Below, piece by piece: positions 58,230 to 64,000 of a stretch of DNA of 64,000 nt. The notes under the pieces were generated by a model that saw only the letters and a program-made list of their open reading frames with translations, did not search any database and was not told the origin of the DNA. Source of the stretch: Ignavibacteria bacterium (GTDB taxonomy: Bacteria; Bacteroidota; Ignavibacteria; Tepidaquicellales; OLB5); the NCBI GenBank assembly GCA_041859235.1, contig JBHEKV010000094.1:5345-69344 (forward strand). The letters run 5' to 3'. Position numbers and translations under genes: made by a program. Positions within the stretch are counted from its first letter, which is position 1. Every line of letters starts with the position of its first letter.

Positions 58230-58566
58230 AGAGATCATTAGAAAAGTAAATGAAGGCTTTAATACGGGAGATACTGAAGCTATAATAAAATTCGTTGCTG
58301 ATGATGTCACCTGGGAATGCCCCGGATTTTTTTCACACAAAGGAATAGATGCTTTCCGTAATGAAATACACAATTAAGCATTCACCGGTCTGCCGGTGAT
58401 AACAGTTACTAATGAGCTGGAAGATGGCGATCTGGTAGCTGTTGAAGGTAACGTTAAAGCCAAAAAGAAGGACGGCAGCGATTTTTCGTGCAGGTTCTTT
58501 GATTTTTACAGGCTCGCAGGAGGCAAGATCAAAGAAATGCGTTCATACCTTGTTGATATAAAATAA
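58219..58566 (+). pseudogene. SnoaL-like (NTF2 superfamily) gene interrupted by one in-frame TAA at 58375-58377
   Basis: AGGAGG SD followed by ATG 58219. Translation is MTNKEIIRKVNEGFNTGDTEAIIKFVADDVTWECPGFFSHKGIDAFRNEIHN-stop-AFTGLPVITVTNELEDGDLVAVEGNVKAKKKDGSDFSCRFFDFYRLAGGKIKEMRSYLVDIK. Both halves are in the same frame and together form one typical ~115-aa SnoaL-like domain. Confidence 0.7.
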
Positions 58567-58590
58567 TTTAACAACCAATAAATTTACATT

Positions 58591-59061
58591 ATGAATAAAC
58601 AAAATGAATTAGTTATAGTACGTACATTCAATGCAGCAAAAGAAAAAGTATGGCATGCATGGAGCGATGCTGAACATTTCAAAAAATGGTGGGGACCCAA
58701 AGAATTCACCTGCCCTGACTGCACCATTGATTTTAAAGTTGGCGGAAAATGGCTTGCAAGTATGATGGATGATAAAGGGAATAAGATATGGGCGACGGGA
58801 GTTTACAAAGAAATTATTCCATTTGAAAAAATAATTTTTACAGATTGTTTTGCAGATGAAAAAGGGAATGTAGTCTCATCTGAAATATACGGCATGAAAG
58901 ACGTTCCCATGGAAATGCTGGTAACTGTACTCTTCAACGAGATCAACGGGAAAACGGAAATGACAATTATCCATAAAGGATTGCCCGAAGGCGAGCTTAG
59001 CAAGGGCGCAAATATCGGCTGGAATACTTCAATTGATAAAATGGAAGAAAGCTTTAATTAA
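58591..59061 (+). CDS. SRPBCC superfamily protein (AHSA1/START-like)
   Basis: VWHAWSDAEHFKKWWGPKEF motif typical of the AHSA1 family. Confidence 0.8.
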   Translation: MNKQNELVIVRTFNAAKEKVWHAWSDAEHFKKWWGPKEFTCPDCTIDFKVGGKWLASMMDDKGNKIWATGVYKEIIPFEKIIFTDCFADEKGNVVSSEIYGMKDVPMEMLVTVLFNEINGKTEMTIIHKGLPEGELSKGANIGWNTSIDKMEESFN

Positions 59062-59086
59062 ATCAATAATACAGAATTAAGAGAAC

Positions 59087-59533
59087 ATGATAGAGAATTT
59101 TCTTCAAAAATACTCGAATGCGGGAATTCTGTTTATCCGTATCGGAATAGGAATACCGTTTGCTTTTGTTTACGGAATTATGAAAATGGAGGGCGGACCT
59201 GAAATGTGGCAGATGGTTGGCAGCGCAATGTCAAATATAAAAATAAACATTGCGCCGGTTTTCTGGGGATTTTTGGCATCGGCAAGCGAGTTTTTTGGAG
59301 GAATTTTGATTCTGCTTGGACTCTTCACACGCACTGCATCAGCATTTCTGGCATTTACAATGCTTATGGCATTTGTGACACATTTATCCGCAATGGATCC
59401 ATGGCATATGGCTATGCACCCGATGGAGCTTTTCGGGGTGTTCATGGGGCTTATCTTTGTAGGCGCAGGCAAATACAGTCTTGATAACTTATTATTCAAA
59501 AAAAACAGACAGATCACTTCATCCAATAACTAA
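59087..59533 (+). CDS. DoxX family membrane protein
   Basis: Four TM helices; SEFFGGILILLGLFTR and the GAGKYSLD motif. Confidence 0.8.
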   Translation: MIENFLQKYSNAGILFIRIGIGIPFAFVYGIMKMEGGPEMWQMVGSAMSNIKINIAPVFWGFLASASEFFGGILILLGLFTRTASAFLAFTMLMAFVTHLSAMDPWHMAMHPMELFGVFMGLIFVGAGKYSLDNLLFKKNRQITSSNN

Positions 59534-59541
59534 AATTCATT

Positions 59542-60018
59542 ATGAAAGCAGAACAAAGTATAAAGACCGAAAAGGAAATGATATTTTCGCGCATTGTAAA
59601 TGCGCCGCGTGAGCTTGTATTTGAGGTATGGACAATCCGGGAACATCTGGAAAAATGGTGGGGTCCTGATGGTTTCACAACCAGCAGCAAGCAGTTTGAG
59701 CTGAAACCTGAAGGAGTATGGCTATTTACAATGCATGGACCAGACGGAAGAGACTACCCTAACAAAATAATTTTCACCGAAATCAACCGCCCTTCAAAAC
59801 TTGTATACAGACATTCAGATGACGAAGGAGTTGAGCCGGTAAGGTTTCAAGCAGAAGTCACATTCGAAGAAGAAAACGGTAAAACACTGATAACAATGCA
59901 TATGATAATGGAAACAGCTGAGATGCTAACAAAGGTTGTTGAAGAATACGGCGCGTATGAGGGCGCAATTCAGCATTTAGCAAGACTGAAAGATTATCTC
60001 ATTTCGTTGAAGTCTTAA
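59542..60018 (+). CDS. SRPBCC superfamily protein (AHSA1/START-like), second copy
   Basis: VFEVWTIREHLEKWWGPDGF motif. Confidence 0.8.
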   Translation: MKAEQSIKTEKEMIFSRIVNAPRELVFEVWTIREHLEKWWGPDGFTTSSKQFELKPEGVWLFTMHGPDGRDYPNKIIFTEINRPSKLVYRHSDDEGVEPVRFQAEVTFEEENGKTLITMHMIMETAEMLTKVVEEYGAYEGAIQHLARLKDYLISLKS

Positions 60019-60047
60019 AAACTGATTTACTTTGTGTTTTATATAAA

Positions 60048-60079
60048 ACTGCCAGGTCATAAGCTGTGGCAGTTTTTTT
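60048..60079 (+). terminator. Rho-independent terminator after the ArsR-SRPBCC-DoxX string
   Basis: CTGCCA-ggtcataagctg-TGGCAG followed by TTTTTTT. Confidence 0.7.
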
Positions 60080-60131
60080 ATATACCGGATTATAACTTGA
60101 TAATTCATACATAAAAATTGATTTTGCGGAA

Positions 60132-60443
60132 ATGAGCAAAGAAGAAAACAAAAGTTACACATTATCCGATAACCCGGATCGAAAACAATTTGAGCTTGTT
60201 GTAAGCGGGCATACTGCCAGAATTGAGTATATGATCATGGCGAATAAGATATTCCTTACTCACACAGAAGTACCTGCTGCACTTGAAGGAAAAGGAATTG
60301 GTTCTGAAATTGTTAAACTTGTCCTTGAAGAAATTGAACGTAGAGGATTGAAGCTTATACCGCTTTGTCCTTTTGTCGGCAAATACATAACACATCATCC
60401 TGAATGGAAAAGAGTTCTTGCGGAGGATGTAAACATTAAATGA
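60132..60443 (+). CDS. GNAT-like small N-acetyltransferase domain protein (YjdJ type)
   Basis: FELVVSGHTARIEY...FLTHTEVPAALEGKGIGSEIV...IPLCPFV pattern of the short GNAT-like family. Confidence 0.7.
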   Translation: MSKEENKSYTLSDNPDRKQFELVVSGHTARIEYMIMANKIFLTHTEVPAALEGKGIGSEIVKLVLEEIERRGLKLIPLCPFVGKYITHHPEWKRVLAEDVNIK

Positions 60444-60446
60444 ATC

Positions 60447-60956
60447 ATGAATAGACCTGAAACAGAAGAATACAATCCATATTTCTCTCGATACATCTCA
60501 TTAGTTCCCCAAGGCAATTATATACAATTGTTGCAAGCTAATACAATTGAGATATTGGATTTTTTCAGCGGTATTCCCGCAGAAAAACATAACCACCGTT
60601 ATGCCGAAGGTAAATGGAGTATCAAGGATATAATGATGCATATAACAGATACCGAGCGCGTTATGATGTACCGGGCGCTTGCTGCAGCTAGAAGAGATAA
60701 CAGTATAGTACTTTGCAACATGAATGAAAATGCTTATGCTTCAAATGCCGATGTAACCAACAGGACCTTAAAAAGTATTATTATGGAATTCAGTTCACTA
60801 AGAGCTTCATCAGAAGTTTTTTTTGAGAATTTGGGTGAAAACGAATCAAAATTCATGGCAAGAACAGAAACTCATCCCATTACGGCAAGAGCCATAGGTT
60901 ACATAATCATCGGTCATCCGATGCACCATATTCAAATTGTAAAACAAAGGTATTAG
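60447..60956 (+). CDS. DinB family protein
   Basis: Four-helix bundle pattern with His triad positions (W.IKDIMMHITDTERV ... GHPMHHIQ). Confidence 0.7.
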   Translation: MNRPETEEYNPYFSRYISLVPQGNYIQLLQANTIEILDFFSGIPAEKHNHRYAEGKWSIKDIMMHITDTERVMMYRALAAARRDNSIVLCNMNENAYASNADVTNRTLKSIIMEFSSLRASSEVFFENLGENESKFMARTETHPITARAIGYIIIGHPMHHIQIVKQRY

Positions 60957-61061
60957 TAGTCAGCTCTAACTACTACAAATGCTAAAAATACCCGATTTTA
61001 AGCCTTTTCGAACTTATAAGAGTGTAAAAATTTATATAGAAAAAAAATTGTTTAAAATTGG

Positions 61062-61069
61062 TATATTTG
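61062..61069 (+). promoter_or_regulatory. Candidate FCB-type -7 promoter box (TATATTTG)
   Basis: Exact TATATTTG 67 nt upstream of ATG 61136. Confidence 0.35.
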
Positions 61070-61135
61070 CACCGACTTACCGATAATATGTGCATATTCT
61101 ATTTTTAACGAAATTATACTATAAGGTCAATTAAC

Positions 61136-61708
61136 ATGAAGGAAATTATTCAGCATTTCTTTAAATATTTTTCTCAATCCCCTTTTGAACTGTACAACGA
61201 ATCAGGTTTTAGGCACGAACTTGGTATTTTTCTTAAAAAATACTACCCGGAGCTCAACGTGAAACTTGATTACCCTGTATCACGTATGTTCAATCCAATA
61301 CCCAAGCTTGCAAATAAGGAAGCTGATATTTTCATAATTGAAAGCGGCGTTCAGAAGCACGTTATTGAACTGAAAATGCCTAAAGATGAAAATGCCAGTC
61401 ACGTAGATCTTTATCGTGTAATCCAGGATCTTAAATTCCTTGAACAGCTTAAAGGACAGGGTTATGATACATGCACTGAAGTTTTCATTACTAAACGCAA
61501 GAATATATGGGAATCAATAAACGGCGGCATATATAAGCTGTTTGCCGGTGATTCCGTAAACCTACGTTCTGTTACAAAAGATGAGATCCAGCCTTATCTA
61601 ATTCACGGCGGCCCTATTGAGCTCAGCGGGACCTATAAAGCTAAATGGGAAGTTCTGCATGATGCCAAGGGTGATGAGTACAGGTATTTCATGATCAGTG
61701 TAAAATAA
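61136..61708 (+). CDS. Hypothetical protein with PD-(D/E)xK nuclease-like motif
   Basis: E(26)..HELG helix, then EADIFII (Asp) and VIELKM (ExK) with spacing typical of the restriction-endonuclease-like fold. Motif-level inference only. Confidence 0.4.
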   Translation: MKEIIQHFFKYFSQSPFELYNESGFRHELGIFLKKYYPELNVKLDYPVSRMFNPIPKLANKEADIFIIESGVQKHVIELKMPKDENASHVDLYRVIQDLKFLEQLKGQGYDTCTEVFITKRKNIWESINGGIYKLFAGDSVNLRSVTKDEIQPYLIHGGPIELSGTYKAKWEVLHDAKGDEYRYFMISVK

Positions 61709-61723
61709 ACAATACTTTTCAGG

Positions 61724-62062
61724 GTGATAATAACCGTAACTTCAATAAGGCTCAGAAGTGTATGGTATTTTTTCAGGTTAAGCCTGTTTGGATATAAGAT
61801 CCAGAAACAGGCCGCATCTGAGAAAGGATTTATTAAGATGAAAAATACCGGGTTTGGGTATGAGCATTTTACGCTTTCAGCCTGGCAAAGCGAAGGGGAC
61901 TTGAAACGATTTGCGCGCAGCGGCGAACACTCCGCTGCGATGAAGCGAACAAGGGAACTTGCCACCGAAGTCCGCACTTATACCTATTCAGCAGATAAAC
62001 TGCCTGACTGGCCATCGGCTAAACAGCTTCTTAAGGATAAAGCGAAAGTTCTGAAGTTCTGA
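61724..62062 (+). CDS. Hypothetical protein (GTG start), possible ferredoxin-like/ABM-type fold
   Basis: ORF. The pattern FTLSAWQSEGDLKRFARSGEHSAAM is reminiscent of small monooxygenase-like domains. Low certainty. Confidence 0.3.
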   Translation: MIITVTSIRLRSVWYFFRLSLFGYKIQKQAASEKGFIKMKNTGFGYEHFTLSAWQSEGDLKRFARSGEHSAAMKRTRELATEVRTYTYSADKLPDWPSAKQLLKDKAKVLKF

Positions 62063-62088
62063 CAGCTGATAACTTTAACTTCCATATC

Positions 62089-62613
62089 ATGAACACTTAC
62101 ATAATTGAAACCGAACGTTTAAGATTAAGAGAATTCGATCACTCTGATAGTGACCTGATTTTTGAATTGCTCAATTCACCGGGCTGGCTCAAATATATCG
62201 GCAATCGTTCTATAGCTGATATTGAAGATGCTGCGAACTATATTGAAGCTAAGCTTCAGAAAGGTTACAGGGATTCGGGTTTTGGCTTCTACCTTGTTGA
62301 ATTAAAAGCAACCGGAGAAAAAACCGGAATGTGCGGAATTGTAAAAAGAGAAGGACTTGATGACATTGACCTGGGTTTCGCATTATTACCCAAATTTGAG
62401 AACAAAGGTTATGCGTTTGAGTCATCGATGGCTGTCATCCAATATGCGAAAAATGTACTGAATATTAAGAAACTTGCCGCTATTACTCTGCCGTCTAATA
62501 TAGCATCTATCAGAGTCCTTGAAAAAATTGGAATGAAATTTGAAAAGAGGATATATATACCGGGCGACCCCGAAGAACTTCTTCTATATTCAATGCAGCT
62601 GAGTAACTTATGA
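62089..62613 (+). CDS. GNAT family N-acetyltransferase (RimJ/RimL-like)
   Basis: ETERLRLREF N-terminus and the acetyl-CoA motif ENKGYAFES....I.YA. Confidence 0.8.
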   Translation: MNTYIIETERLRLREFDHSDSDLIFELLNSPGWLKYIGNRSIADIEDAANYIEAKLQKGYRDSGFGFYLVELKATGEKTGMCGIVKREGLDDIDLGFALLPKFENKGYAFESSMAVIQYAKNVLNIKKLAAITLPSNIASIRVLEKIGMKFEKRIYIPGDPEELLLYSMQLSNL

Positions 62614-62969
62614 AAAAAATTGCAGTATTCGAAAAACTTGATTTGATAAATGATCATTGGGATCCAAAGATCGCCGGCGAGTTAAACGGACAGCACATTA
62701 AACTTGTCAAATTCAAAGGTGAGTTCGTGTGGCATAAACATGAACATGAGGATGAAATTTTCTATGTCGTAAAAGGCAGTTTTACAATGAAACTGCGTGA
62801 TGGGGACATAGTTATTAATGAAAATGAATTTATCATAATTCCTAAGGGAGTTGAACATTGTCCATATGCTGAAGAAGAAGTTTCGGTGATGCTTTTTGAG
62901 CCTGCGGGTACGCTGAATACCGGAAACACAAAGAACAATTTTACCAAAGATGACCCGGAAGTAATCTAA
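62610..62969 (+). CDS. Cupin domain protein
   Basis: WHKHEHEDEIFYVVKGSF ... IIPKGVEHCP two-motif cupin signature. Confidence 0.75.
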   Translation: MKKIAVFEKLDLINDHWDPKIAGELNGQHIKLVKFKGEFVWHKHEHEDEIFYVVKGSFTMKLRDGDIVINENEFIIIPKGVEHCPYAEEEVSVMLFEPAGTLNTGNTKNNFTKDDPEVI

Positions 62970-62996
62970 ATTACCTGAAATAAAAAAATTATTATC

Positions 62997-63371
62997 ATGC
63001 CTTTTAAGATAGAAGCAGGAACTGCCCCCGATAAAATTGAAGTCACTTACTCAGGTACAATAACTGATATTGAATTCAGAAATGCCATCGCTGAATTCAT
63101 AAGATTCAACGCAGAAAAGAAATGCCTGCTTGTATTGACTGACCTTCGAGAAATGACAGTTACACCATCAATATTAAACGTATATGATTCCATTAATATG
63201 TTCGAAAAAATGGGAATTGACAACAGGACATCAGAAGCCCTGATATTGCCGGAAAACAAATTCGTTGAGAAAAACATTAGATTCTATGAAAATGCGTGTC
63301 AGAACAGGGGTTATAACGTAAGAATATTTTACAACAGAGAAGATGCGCTACAATGGCTGAAATCGCAGTAG
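62997..63371 (+). CDS. Hypothetical protein (124 aa)
   Basis: ORF only. A loose resemblance to STAS-like small alpha/beta domains is not supportable further. Confidence 0.3.
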   Translation: MPFKIEAGTAPDKIEVTYSGTITDIEFRNAIAEFIRFNAEKKCLLVLTDLREMTVTPSILNVYDSINMFEKMGIDNRTSEALILPENKFVEKNIRFYENACQNRGYNVRIFYNREDALQWLKSQ

Positions 63372-63434
63372 TGAAGTTAGAAATATTGAAATTTCATCTG
63401 AGTGCTGCTTTTATGGAACTACTGTAAATTGCTG

Positions 63435-63983
63435 TTACAATTCAAACTTCACCGGCGTTTTGGTTTCGTTTTGCCAATCCTGCCTCAGAATCGCATAGCC
63501 GGTACAATCGTACATGTTTCCATTTTCGTCCGGCCAGGCCAAGCGGTAATGTGCTTCCTTTACAAAACCGCAATGCTCAAATACTTTACGCATTGCATTG
63601 TTATCAATTCTGGTTGTTGCTTCAAAACGCTGTTTGTTTGGATATTCAGTAAACACTAGATCAGTAAGCCATTTCAAAGCATGTTTCCCTATCCCTTTAC
63701 CGCGGAATTCTTCTTTAATTTTAATATCAAACAAAGGAGTTTCATCATCATCAGGACCGGAACCGAGATCAAATAATCGTATTACTCCAATAATCTCCTG
63801 ATCACTTTCCAGGATCAAAAAAGTTCTTTTACCCTCTCCGTTGAAATACCCATCACTGAATTGTTTTTCGAGTTTCTCTTTCGATATTTTAGGAGTGCTG
63901 TGAAACGGCCAGTAACCCGATGAAAGGAATTCGAGCAACCGGTCTTTTTCAGAAGACTCAAATTCTGATATTTTGATTTCCAT
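63435..63983 (-). CDS. GNAT family N-acetyltransferase
   Basis: EFRGKGIGKHALKWL acetyl-CoA binding motif and the NNAMRKVFEHCGF pattern. Confidence 0.8.
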   Translation of the reverse strand: MEIKISEFESSEKDRLLEFLSSGYWPFHSTPKISKEKLEKQFSDGYFNGEGKRTFLILESDQEIIGVIRLFDLGSGPDDDETPLFDIKIKEEFRGKGIGKHALKWLTDLVFTEYPNKQRFEATTRIDNNAMRKVFEHCGFVKEAHYRLAWPDENGNMYDCTGYAILRQDWQNETKTPVKFEL

Positions 63984-64000
63984 AGGGTAATTTACTTTCA

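Noticed and set aside
63402-63659. Tracked plus-strand ORF of 85 aa.
   Set aside because: It is antisense to the well-supported GNAT gene at 63435-63983 and has no motif.

Overview
AT-rich chromosomal segment, most consistent with an FCB-group bacterium (Ignavibacteria or Bacteroidota-like). The evidence is five secreted proteins ending in the type IX secretion (T9SS/Por) C-terminal sorting domain, and exact TATATTTG boxes (the TAnnTTTG -7 type) upstream of several genes and a tRNA. The left third is housekeeping: a gap-pgk-aminotransferase-CDP-alcohol phosphatidyltransferase string, efp, accB-accC, rsfS, bshA, miaA, pcm, cdaA and tag. The middle holds a T9SS cargo cluster (BNR/Ycf48-like propeller, 1325-aa beta-helix protein, LamG+P-domain protein, C25 gingipain-like peptidase) interrupted by two tRNA-Ser genes. 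It is followed by a signalling locus with five histidine kinases, including three tandem TPR-kinase paralogs. The right third (about 45.9-64 kb) is an accessory-looking run of small genes (cupins, GNATs, SRPBCC/AHSA1, DoxX, DinB, VOC, HIT, ArsR, methyltransferase). No CRISPR array, reverse transcriptase, integrase or transposase was seen. The observations most worth follow-up are listed here. (1) tRNA-Ser(GGA) has its 3' end duplicated on the far side of a free-standing 80-aa GIY-YIG nuclease ORF, and the downstream copy carries a 41-nt structured insert in the T-loop. This is a candidate integrase-less cassette targeting a tRNA gene. (2) Seven tandem 16-nt units run into the start of a DUF1059-like gene and create a chain of ATGA-overlapping mini-ORFs. 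(3) A GC-rich intergenic island has two terminator-like hairpins and an exposed CCUCC, a candidate sRNA. (4) A 20-nt palindromic element recurs in inverted orientation at two 3' gene ends. (5) A SnoaL-like gene in an ArsR operon is interrupted by a single in-frame TAA. All functional calls rest on motif recognition by eye. No database search was possible.
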